Below, piece by piece: positions 1 to 7,623 of a stretch of DNA of 30,478 nucleotides. Both the position numbers and the translations under genes were made by a program. Within the stretch, counting starts at the first letter, position 1. Every line of letters starts with the position of its first letter. The DNA is taken from positions 1-30,478 of the forward strand of contig JBBQPO010000037.1 in NCBI GenBank assembly GCA_038217285.1. The letters run 5' to 3'. A model generated the notes under the pieces. The model was not told the DNA's origin, did not search any database, and was given only the letters and a program-made list of their open reading frames with translations. This DNA comes from Chthonomonadales bacterium. GTDB lineage: Bacteria > Armatimonadota > Chthonomonadetes > Chthonomonadales > Chthonomonadaceae.

Positions 1-138
1 GTCCGTACAGCCATAATATATCACCCGCGTAGCTTCGCTCCAGACCGTTCAGATTGAAACGGAATCAGTGTTCATTTTGAACGCGATTCAGTGTTCATTT
101 TGAAACGGAATCAGTGTTCAAATTCGCCGGAATGTACA
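1..138 (-). mobile_element. End of an IS21-family insertion sequence (IS408/IS1162-like), probably the left end
   Basis: The minus strand begins TGTACATTCCGGCGAATTTGAACACTGATTCC. Three ~21-bp direct repeats follow at a 23-bp period (54-74, 77-97, 100-120). A 5'-TG terminus with repeated subterminal transposase sites is typical of IS21 ends. The RHS reading frame loses its character exactly at 138. Confidence 0.8.
54..120. repeat. Three tandem ~21-bp repeats (TTGAAACGGAATCAGTGTTCA), likely transposase-binding sites
   Basis: Copies 1 and 3 are identical. Copy 2 is TTGAACGCGATTCAGTGTTCA. Copies are separated by 2 bp. Confidence 0.9.
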
Positions 139-909
139 GTAGGCCAGCGAGATCGTGCGGCTGCTCGGATCGGTAATCGTGGTGACGTTGTGAGCGGTGT
201 TGTAGGCGAGGGCGACCTGGTTGCCGTTGTGGTCGGTGATCGTGTCGCCGTAGTAGGCGCTCGTATAGTGGTACTTGGTCTGGTCAGGCTTGGTGATTGT
301 ATACGTTCCGTCGGTGTTGGCGACGAGGGTGTCATGGATGCCGGTCGGAGCCGAATAGGAGCCATCGACGTTCTGGGTGAACTTGTACGCCAGGTCGTCT
401 CCCCAGTGTGCGGTCAGATCGGTGGTCGTGCTGCTCCCGCCTTCCGGGGCGATCCCGCCCGGGCTGCCGCCGCTGCCCGTGCTCGCGACGAGATAGAGGT
501 CGTAGGAGTGGGTCCATTTCTGGCCGAGTTCAGAGTTGCGGGAGGACTGACTGTTGTGCGTGAGGGTGAAGGCGACGGGCATGCCGCCGCGTGCGATCCA
601 GCCGACCAGCGGCACTTGGAAGGCCTTGTTGCCGTTACCGGTGTTGGTGCCGCCGACGCTGGCTTCCCAGGGGTAAGTCGAGCCCGAGGCGGCATCCACA
701 GCCAGGGCCATCGGAGCCGCAGGGCGTTGCCGACCGGAGATACGCTGCATCTCCGCTAGATTCAGGGATCGTACGCCCAATTTTCTTTCTTTGCCAGGAT
801 GCGCGAGGGCCTGGGCGGGCACGGCGAGCACGGCGCTCCAGGCGAAGAGCCCGACAACCGAGGCAGCGAGGCGTCGCTGCCAATGGGGACGCGAGACGTA
901 GGGTCTCAT
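118..909 (-). pseudogene. 5' fragment of a secreted RHS/YD-repeat protein (signal peptide, DUF6531-like domain, first YD repeats), disrupted by an IS
   Basis: Signal peptide ends ...AVPAQA. NTGNGN...FTLTHNSQ...LGQKWTHSY is DUF6531-like. YD-type repeats ITDHNGNQVALAY and ITDPSSRTISLAY follow. The last residues (CTFRRI*) are encoded by the IS end. An AAGGA RBS lies upstream. Confidence 0.85.
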
Positions 910-990
910 AAAGTGTCCTTACCTTCCTTGCCTGCACAGGGAGCAGGCGGGTCGAGAGGGCTATATTCGCTCTGGCGAACAGTAGCCCGG

Positions 991-1020
991 TTGACAGACC
1001 CGGAAGGAGGGCGTCATAAT
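991..1020 (+). promoter_or_regulatory. Sigma70-type promoter TTGACA-N18-CATAAT, antisense to the flanking genes
   Basis: Perfect -35 at 991-996 and a 5/6 -10 at 1015-1020, in an intergenic region. Confidence 0.65.
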
Positions 1021-1025
1021 AACAC

Positions 1026-1098
1026 CAGTCCTTCGGGGCTGTGTGAGCCGTCCGTTTCCTTCTCGGCCAAGAGAAATGGGGAAACGGGCGGTTTTTTT
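1026..1098 (+). ncRNA. Candidate ~72-nt small RNA: cUUCGg hairpin plus intrinsic terminator
   Basis: Starts ~6-7 nt after the -10 box. First hairpin is CAGTCC-TTCG-GGGCTG (1026-1041). A 13-bp stem (1047-1059/1080-1092) is followed by T7. G-U pairs favour the + strand. Confidence 0.6.
1047..1098 (+). terminator. Rho-independent terminator
   Basis: GCCGTCCGTTTCC pairs with GGAAACGGGCGGT, with an inner TTCTC/GAGAA stem, then TTTTTTT (1092-1098). Confidence 0.75.
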
Positions 1099-1200
1099 GC
1101 GTCTTCTGGAACGCAAAAAAGCGGTGACATTGACAACAATGCCGAAAGGCGGCCGCTACGATGCGGCGGTGAGAATGCGGTCGGGCTCTTCTTCACTCTC

Positions 1201-1995
1201 TTATCGACGGAGGAGGAGAAGGAAGCCGCCACATCGCTGCAAAAGCTGTTCCTGCGAGAGGGTTTCTTCGGTAGGCTTGTTGGGGTCGTGAATAGTCGCG
1301 GTGGCGGTGTCGCCTATGCCGGAAAGTGCGAGCAGGGCGACATAGTGGTTACGATTGACCCAGGCGATGGCTGGCAGAGCGGTGTCCGGGAGCGCCTGCC
1401 GGTTGACCTGGACCCCTTCGGCTTGCAGACCTACCTTCTGCGCCGCTTGTTGCAGACCAGCAAGGGTCGTGCCCTGGGCGGTCGTGCCTGCGGCTGTTCG
1501 AAGTTGTGGCAGGGTGGTCTTCACACCCAACCTCTGGCAGACGAGCAGGAGGGCGCGAGGGCCGCAGTCGCCGTCGGGGGCAGGAAGGGTGGCAGAAGGC
1601 GAAGAAACAGGCGCAACGGCAGGCGACAGTCCGGCGTCCTTGAGGCAGATGTCGCGCTGGGTGTTGCAGAAGGCGACGGCGTCGGGAGTAAGGCCGGGAG
1701 TACGAGCCAGTGTATGAAGGCGGTCGGCGGCTTTGCGGTAGTCGTGGCGCTTGCAGTCCTGTTGAGCCTGTTGATAGAGCGGAGAGGACCGCACCTGTGA
1801 GACGGCGGAAGAAAGAGTGGTGAGGGAGCGAGCGGGCACGGCGGAAATAGCGGTGGGAGACGACCGAGCGTGACAGCCGCTGAGGCCAAGGGCAAAGCCC
1901 AGGAAAAGCCCAATAGAACGCAAGGACGAACGGCGATCCGGGGCCTGCGATACAGACAATCCCGTCACGGTAAAGCGTGGTACAGCAGCAAACAT
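1201..1995 (-). CDS. Lipoprotein with a short TPR-like helical segment and a C-terminal peptidase C39-like domain
   Basis: Hydrophobic stretch and lipobox LSG-C. Catalytic Cys (DCGPRAL), His (NHYVAL) and Asp (IHDPN). GTTLAGLQQAAQKVGL is typical of C39 domains. GAGGAG RBS. Confidence 0.85.
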   Translation of the reverse strand: MFAAVPRFTVTGLSVSQAPDRRSSLRSIGLFLGFALGLSGCHARSSPTAISAVPARSLTTLSSAVSQVRSSPLYQQAQQDCKRHDYRKAADRLHTLARTPGLTPDAVAFCNTQRDICLKDAGLSPAVAPVSSPSATLPAPDGDCGPRALLLVCQRLGVKTTLPQLRTAAGTTAQGTTLAGLQQAAQKVGLQAEGVQVNRQALPDTALPAIAWVNRNHYVALLALSGIGDTATATIHDPNKPTEETLSQEQLLQRCGGFLLLLRR

Positions 1996-2173
1996 CTACG
2001 GTTTCTCCTCAAGGTCAAAAGACAACGCCAGGGCAGAAGATCGTAGCACGACAGATAAAAACGAGAAAAGTGCAGTGAGCGTCCACGTGGAGGACCGTTC
2101 TTGCAGCCACATTCCGAACCTGTCTGCGACCAGCATTGTCGTCAGACGGCTCGTTCATAACTTCGATGGAGGC

Positions 2174-2203
2174 ATTCTAACACAAGGCGCTTATACCTGT
2201 CAA
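2174..2203 (-). promoter_or_regulatory. Sigma70-type promoter TTGACA-N18-TAGAAT (extended -10 TG) for the C39-RHS unit
   Basis: Read directly on the minus strand. An AT-rich UP-like region lies upstream. Confidence 0.7.
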
Positions 2204-2239
2204 CAGAATTTCAAAAATATTTCGTGGAGTTTCCAAGGT

Positions 2240-2770
2240 TTACCTGGGGGGCACGGACGGAACCACGATGTCAATGGCAGAAAAATGTTCGTGGTCGTGA
2301 TCCTGATGGGTGTCTTCGCTCTGTACTCGGATAAGATAGGTGCCTGCGTCCGGCAGCGAAAAGTTGAGAGATCCGCTCGCAGCGGCTTTCGGTGCGAAAT
2401 CCATGACGAAGCGGTTGTCCAGGATGCCGGCGGGACCGGACGGATCGGGGACAGGCTTCTGGCCTACCTCCTTCTCGCGGACCACAAAGAAATGGATAGT
2501 GACCCCTTTCATCGTGCCATGAGGGAAGTTACTCTTCATTGTCCATGTAATGCGGACAGGATCCCCCGCCTTCAACCGGAGGACTGGCCGAGGATTGACG
2601 CCGCCGATAGGGGGCGTGGTGTCCATCGATGCTTCGGCGAGCTGCCTGCCTGCCTGCGCCCGGAGCACGATGTCGAAATGCTCTGCCTCTGCGCGGCGGA
2701 TCACCAGAGTCACGGCTCCCGTAACGAGCGCCACCGTCGCCACCGCCAATGCGAACCGAATCCGTTTCAT
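2240..2770 (-). CDS. Exported or membrane-anchored hypothetical protein with a His-rich C-terminal segment
   Basis: N-terminal basic plus hydrophobic signal. Beta-rich body. THQDHDHEHF motif. Start overlaps the rsmG stop (TGATG). Confidence 0.75.
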   Translation of the reverse strand: MKRIRFALAVATVALVTGAVTLVIRRAEAEHFDIVLRAQAGRQLAEASMDTTPPIGGVNPRPVLRLKAGDPVRITWTMKSNFPHGTMKGVTIHFFVVREKEVGQKPVPDPSGPAGILDNRFVMDFAPKAAASGSLNFSLPDAGTYLIRVQSEDTHQDHDHEHFSAIDIVVPSVPPR

Positions 2771-3447
2771 CAGCCCCTTCTTTCTTTGCTTCGTATCAAC
2801 ACGAGTTTCCGCACGATCTCTGTACCGGGCAGAGTCACCTCGACCACCTGCTCGTATTTGCCGCCCAGACGCTCTAAAACGGAGTCCGCTTCCGCGACTT
2901 CCAAATCAGTCTCATGGCTCTTATACGCGATGGCCAGACCGCCTGTTCGAACCAGCGGGAGCAGCCACTGTACGAGTTGAGGCATCCTGGCCACCGCGCG
3001 CGCCGTGACAAGGTCGTAACGCTTCCGGTGTGCGGGCAGGCGGGCGATCTCCTCGGCGCGGCCATGGAGGGTGGTTACATTGGTCAGGCCGAGCGTAGTG
3101 ATCGCCTCGTCGAGGAAATCCAGCCGCTTGCGGGTTCCATCCAGAAGGGTGACGCGGAGTTTTGGGAAGACGAGGGCCAGCGGGATACCGGGAAACCCTG
3201 CGCCGGTACCGACGTCCAGGAGGCATGCGCCCGGTTTGGGAGTAAGCACGTCCGCGAACGCCAGCGAATCGAGGTAGTGCCGGGTGACGATCTCTGCGGC
3301 AGGCACACGGGTGAGATTCAGGCGACGATTGCCCTCTTCCAGCAAGTTGGCGAACTGCGCAAACCGCTCGATAACCGTTGGGGCCAGTGTCAGCCCCCAG
3401 ACCTCCGCTCCGGCCCGGAGCTCCTCACGCTGTTCGTTGGAAAACAT
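2770..3447 (-). CDS. rsmG: 16S rRNA (guanine527-N7) methyltransferase
   Basis: Motifs NLTR, RHYLDSL, LDVGTGAGFPG, GRAEE and ARAVA. Confidence 0.96.
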   Translation of the reverse strand: MFSNEQREELRAGAEVWGLTLAPTVIERFAQFANLLEEGNRRLNLTRVPAAEIVTRHYLDSLAFADVLTPKPGACLLDVGTGAGFPGIPLALVFPKLRVTLLDGTRKRLDFLDEAITTLGLTNVTTLHGRAEEIARLPAHRKRYDLVTARAVARMPQLVQWLLPLVRTGGLAIAYKSHETDLEVAEADSVLERLGGKYEQVVEVTLPGTEIVRKLVLIRSKERRG

Positions 3448-4528
3448 CGCTATAGATCGCCTCTATCTTCTGTACCTGAGTCTGCAGGGAGTACTCATGC
3501 CGCACCCGGTGCCGCCCTGCCGCGCCCATCTCCGCACGTCGCTCCGGATCTTCGAGGAGATTTTTCAGCGCCTCTGCCAGGGCCCGCACGTCGTCCGACG
3601 GGACAAGCAGGCCGGTCTGGCCCTCGATAATCGTTTCGACCAGCCCTCCGACCCGACTCGCGACGACGGGTCGTCCCGCCGCCATCGCTTCCAGCGGCAC
3701 GATCCCCTGACCCTCCTGCCGCGAAGGCGCGACCACGATATCCGCCGCTTCGAAGAGTGGAACCGTATCCGGCGTGTGGCCTAAAAAAATCACTCCGCTT
3801 CCGCTGGCTTCCGCCTGCATTCTCAGTCGCGGCGCTTCCGGACCATCCCCGGCGATCACCAGTCGCGCGTCGGGCAGCCGTGCCTGGAGAGAAGCGAATG
3901 CCTCGATGAGGATGTCGAATCCCTTCTCAGATGCCAGGCGACCAACTCCGAGCACCATGCGCTCCCCCGCTTTCAGTCCAAGAACGGCGCGTGTTCGGTC
4001 AGGTTCGGTTGGGCGGTCGAACCGGGATAGATCGACACCGTTGGGAATGACGGCAATCTGCTGCGCGGAGAGGCCCACCGACTGGAGAGTGGTCGCCACA
4101 GCAGCCGAGACGGCGATGACGCGATTCGCTTTTCTGGCCATCTCCCGAAAGACGAGCGACTGCACGAGATTCAGGTCAGGAAGGAGGTTATGGACCGTAA
4201 AGAGATAGGGCAGACCGGCGCGCCGGGCCGCGAACCCGCCGACAACGGCTCCGCGCAGTCCATGCGCGTGCACAAGGTCTATGTTACCGCGTAAAAGCTG
4301 TGCCAATTCGCCGACTGTTCTATAATCCCGCAACGGATCGGTGCTGGCTCGAATATCGACATTATGGCGAGAGAGGTTCGGAATCGGGCGATCCGGAAGG
4401 AAGTCCTCCGGTGCGAAGAGGGTGGGGAGGAATCGGCTCCCGTCCAGATGTTCCAGCAGATCGGAGACATGGCGCCGAATTCCGCCCGCAGCCGGGCGCA
4501 CGACCTCTGCTATTCGACCGGAGGCCAT
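3425..4528 (-). CDS. Glycosyltransferase family 4
   Basis: Motifs GGIRRH, VHAHG, IPNGVD, GRLASEKG and EGQGIVPLEAMAAGRPVVASRVGG. Confidence 0.93.
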   Translation of the reverse strand: MASGRIAEVVRPAAGGIRRHVSDLLEHLDGSRFLPTLFAPEDFLPDRPIPNLSRHNVDIRASTDPLRDYRTVGELAQLLRGNIDLVHAHGLRGAVVGGFAARRAGLPYLFTVHNLLPDLNLVQSLVFREMARKANRVIAVSAAVATTLQSVGLSAQQIAVIPNGVDLSRFDRPTEPDRTRAVLGLKAGERMVLGVGRLASEKGFDILIEAFASLQARLPDARLVIAGDGPEAPRLRMQAEASGSGVIFLGHTPDTVPLFEAADIVVAPSRQEGQGIVPLEAMAAGRPVVASRVGGLVETIIEGQTGLLVPSDDVRALAEALKNLLEDPERRAEMGAAGRHRVRHEYSLQTQVQKIEAIYSDVFQRTA

Positions 4529-4529
4529 G

Positions 4530-5597
4530 TCAGCGCGGAACCTCGACGGACTGCAGGACCGTCTCGACGATACGGTCGTTGGTGTAGCCCTCGATCTCCG
4601 CCTCAGGGCGCAGGATCATGCGATGTCGGAGAACGGGGCGAGCCATCATCTTGATGTCGTCCGGAGTGACGAAGTCGCGACCGCGCATCGCGGCCAGCGC
4701 CTTCGTCGTATTCAGCAGCGTGATGGCCGCACGAGGACTGGCGCCCAGCAGCAGATTCCGGTTCTCACGGGTGGCTCGGGCGATCTGTACGATGTAACGC
4801 AGAACGGTCGGATCGACGCGTACGCGCTCGATGAGGCTGCGATAGAAGGGCATATCCGCCCCAGTAAGCACGGGTACGATCTCTGCTGTGTCCAGGTTTT
4901 GCGCTCGAAACCCGGACTGCACTCTGCCCAGCAGATTCTCTTCTTCGATCTGCGCGGGGTATCCCACGTTCACTTTCAGCATGAAGCGGTCGATCTGCGC
5001 TTCCGGCAGAGGATAGGTGCCTTCGTATTCGATCGGGTTTTGGGTCGCGCAGACGAGAAACGGCTCCGGCAACGCGTTCGGAATTCCGTCGATGGTGACG
5101 CGGCGCTCTTCCATCGCTTCCAGCAGCGCGGACTGGGTCTTGGGAGGGGTACGATTGATCTCATCCGCCAGTACCAAACCGGCGAAGATAGGCCCCTTTT
5201 TGAGGTTGAACTCCTGCGTTCGTGGGTCGAAGATGCTGGTGCCGAGAATGTCCGACGGCATCAGATCGGGGGTGAACTGAATGCGGGCGAACGAGACGTC
5301 GAAGATTCGGGCCAGGGTGCGCACCGAGAGCGTCTTGGCTGTGCCGGGGACGCCTTCCAGTAAAATATGCCCGCCTGCCAGAACCGCGACGATCATCATC
5401 TCGACCAGTTCGTCCTGCCCGACAATGGCCTTGTGCATTTCGGCCGTGATGCGCTCTGCCAGAACCTGCACCGAAAGCCCTCCGCGCATGGGAACGCCTG
5501 CTGTGGGCAGCGCTGCCGCTCCCGGCATCACTCCGCCATGAGAGACCTCCACGCCTCCTGATCCTCCGTCTAACGGCTCGCTACTGATGTCCGACAA
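4530..5597 (-). CDS. moxR: MoxR-family AAA+ ATPase
   Basis: Walker A GVPGTAKT, RIQFTPDLMPSD, Walker B LADEINR, ATQNPIEYEGTYPLPEAQ. Start moved to the TTG at 5597, which follows an AGAAGGAG RBS. Confidence 0.94.
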   Translation of the reverse strand: MSDISSEPLDGGSGGVEVSHGGVMPGAAALPTAGVPMRGGLSVQVLAERITAEMHKAIVGQDELVEMMIVAVLAGGHILLEGVPGTAKTLSVRTLARIFDVSFARIQFTPDLMPSDILGTSIFDPRTQEFNLKKGPIFAGLVLADEINRTPPKTQSALLEAMEERRVTIDGIPNALPEPFLVCATQNPIEYEGTYPLPEAQIDRFMLKVNVGYPAQIEEENLLGRVQSGFRAQNLDTAEIVPVLTGADMPFYRSLIERVRVDPTVLRYIVQIARATRENRNLLLGASPRAAITLLNTTKALAAMRGRDFVTPDDIKMMARPVLRHRMILRPEAEIEGYTNDRIVETVLQSVEVPR

Positions 5598-6804
5598 GAT
5601 TGAAACTCCTTCTGTAGTTATCCAGTTGCCGCGCCAAATGCAGCATCGCCGGCTCTGTAATACGTTGGCCTCTGTCGATCTCTTCACAGTCTGTCAGGAA
5701 CTGAAGGAACGGCCCTTCCTGGACGCCATAGACGCGTACCGTCTGCGCAACAAGTTGGGCCATTGGCGTATCGGGCGTCAGATCGAGTTGACGCCGGAGA
5801 TCACGTACGAACTGCCGGTAGAGGGTGACGATGGCGATGTCGCCCGCATTGGCGCGCCGAAAGAGGCGGGCCATCGAGCCTACATAGTCCGTGCTTGGCC
5901 GGTAAGTTGCGTTGTGGAGAGTCCGCATTGGGCCAAATCGCTGGTTTCCGACGTAGATCAGGAGCGCGCCGAGAGCGAACAGATGGAGGATGAGGAAGCG
6001 CAACGGTTTGGGCGCGCTTGCAAACACTCCCTCCTGCGTCTCGTCACCGGCGCGCTTCTCGAACCCGACCCCGTGATGATACTCATCGAACACAATGGTG
6101 CGGTGCCCGTTCTTCAAGGTTTCGGCAGCGATATTAACGAGCAGTATCGCATTGTCGGCCTGGGAGATCGTGCTGTTGCTGGCGGCCACCGTATTGGCGA
6201 TCACGATCACATGGCCCTGTCCCATCTTCTTCTCTGCGGCTAGCGCTCCGCCGTCATCTCGAAACAGCGTCTGATAGTGGGAGTTGTCGCCTGCCTTCAA
6301 TCGGACCGGACTTGCGACATGGATGGCCTCGACATTTTTTACAAAAGGCGAATCAGGCGCAAACGGCTTTAGATCCTTCCCTTTCGGATCCCCTTCCACG
6401 ATGGCGATGTCGCCTGCAATCAAGTCCTTGGGTTCAAGTTTCCTAGCGGGCAGGGTGACCAGGAACAGGACGGACCCACCGCCTTCAATCCACGACTTCA
6501 GAGCCGTCAGCTCTTCTGCGGTGACGGTGCGATCGTCCCGCAAGGGTTCGATAACGACGAGCAGTCCCATGGTCGCATTGAGAGCCGACCAGGGCGATTC
6601 CATACGGTCGGCAGCGAAACCCTCTTTTTGCAGCAGGAGATAGAGAGCCTTGGCGCCCGGCCCTTGCGCATTCAGAGTGCTAGGCGTATCGCGCGGGACG
6701 GTCTCTTGCGCCACCCGTTCGAAGAGAAGCAGCGCCGCAATGAATGACACGAACAGTGCGCCCAGTACGATCATTTCCCGGTTTTTCCGCTTGCCTCTAC
6801 GCAT
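5581..6804 (-). CDS. DUF4350-type membrane-anchored GATase-like domain protein
   Basis: N-terminal TM. PSTLNAQGPGAKALY, LKSWIEGGG, IVFDEYHHG, then a second TM with QRFG. Usual partner of moxR. Confidence 0.85.
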   Translation of the reverse strand: MRRGKRKNREMIVLGALFVSFIAALLLFERVAQETVPRDTPSTLNAQGPGAKALYLLLQKEGFAADRMESPWSALNATMGLLVVIEPLRDDRTVTAEELTALKSWIEGGGSVLFLVTLPARKLEPKDLIAGDIAIVEGDPKGKDLKPFAPDSPFVKNVEAIHVASPVRLKAGDNSHYQTLFRDDGGALAAEKKMGQGHVIVIANTVAASNSTISQADNAILLVNIAAETLKNGHRTIVFDEYHHGVGFEKRAGDETQEGVFASAPKPLRFLILHLFALGALLIYVGNQRFGPMRTLHNATYRPSTDYVGSMARLFRRANAGDIAIVTLYRQFVRDLRRQLDLTPDTPMAQLVAQTVRVYGVQEGPFLQFLTDCEEIDRGQRITEPAMLHLARQLDNYRRSFNLVGHQ

Positions 6805-6810
6805 GACGGC

Positions 6811-7623
6811 TTACGCCCTTCCTGCCATAGGCAGAGCCGCGTTCGGAGCGGGAGCGGCGAGCAGTTGGCGGATACGGTCGTACTCGCGGCGGCACCGGTG
6901 ATAGTCCTCTTCTACTGTGGCGCGGTTGCCATACCAGCGCACGTCGAATTCGAAGACCAACGGGCGGAACGCCTCGAAAAGGGCGCTCAGTCCGCGCAGC
7001 CGTAACAGACGCACATAGTCGCCGTTGGTGCGGGAACGATTGTATTCGATGGCTCCAGCCTGATCCATTTGGAGCAGTATACCGAGGAATACGGCTCGAA
7101 ATGCCCGGCGAAAGTCGTTCGCTTCGGCGAAATGCTGGGCCTGGCGCAGCCACTCATCGGGCTCTTCCAACATATCGGCAGAGGCGTCATCGATGTCGAA
7201 GGTCGTCGTCGTCTTCACCTTCGTAAGAGCAGCCCCCTTCCAGTTACGCGCGATGGCCTTGATCAGCAGAGCCAACAGCCAGATGACGGCCAGTAAGAGG
7301 AGGGCGGTCACAACAGGAACGACGAGAGCCGCGAGGCCGTTACTCGTGCCCGACGATACAGGGGCAGGTCGGTCTTTCAATTTGAGAAGTTTGCGGAGCC
7401 ACGCCAGGAAAGTATCCCACTTCGCCGATACCCAATGGGAGAAGCGCGACAACAGTCCCTCCTGCTCTTTTTCCGGCTGGAACTCCGGCTGTTGCAGGAT
7501 TCGCTTGAGATCGGCCTTGATCTGTGCGGGGTCGGTGCGGGCAGGGGCCACCTGTGCCTGGGAGATAGTCGGCGTAAGACCGAAAAGCAGCAGCAGGAGC
7601 ATGAGAAGGGGCAAAACTCTCAA
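6811..7623 (-). CDS. DUF4129-domain membrane protein
   Basis: Signal peptide, one TM, and C-terminal DFRRAFR, SRTNGDY and FDVRWYG. Start moved to the TTG at 7623 (GAGGGAG RBS, TTGA overlap with the upstream stop). Confidence 0.85.
   Translation of the reverse strand: MRVLPLLMLLLLLFGLTPTISQAQVAPARTDPAQIKADLKRILQQPEFQPEKEQEGLLSRFSHWVSAKWDTFLAWLRKLLKLKDRPAPVSSGTSNGLAALVVPVVTALLLLAVIWLLALLIKAIARNWKGAALTKVKTTTTFDIDDASADMLEEPDEWLRQAQHFAEANDFRRAFRAVFLGILLQMDQAGAIEYNRSRTNGDYVRLLRLRGLSALFEAFRPLVFEFDVRWYGNRATVEEDYHRCRREYDRIRQLLAAPAPNAALPMAGRA

Noticed and set aside
54-120. CRISPR array or iterons
   Set aside because: The repeats are separated by only 2 bp with no spacers. They abut a TG...CA-type terminus, which IS21 subterminal repeats explain better.
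1130-1162. Second + strand promoter TTGACA...TACGAT
   Set aside because: The 21-bp spacer is too long.
1014-1232. 72-aa minus-strand ORF between the C39 and RHS genes
   Set aside because: No motif, it overlaps the C39 3' end, and the region is better explained by RNA structure and promoter elements.
91-2980. Long + strand ORFs (91-759, 799-1800, 2075-2980) and similar antisense ORFs elsewhere (e.g. 4341-5363, 15290-16531, 19220-20422)
   Set aside because: Shadow frames opposite well-supported genes in GC-rich DNA, with no recognisable motifs.
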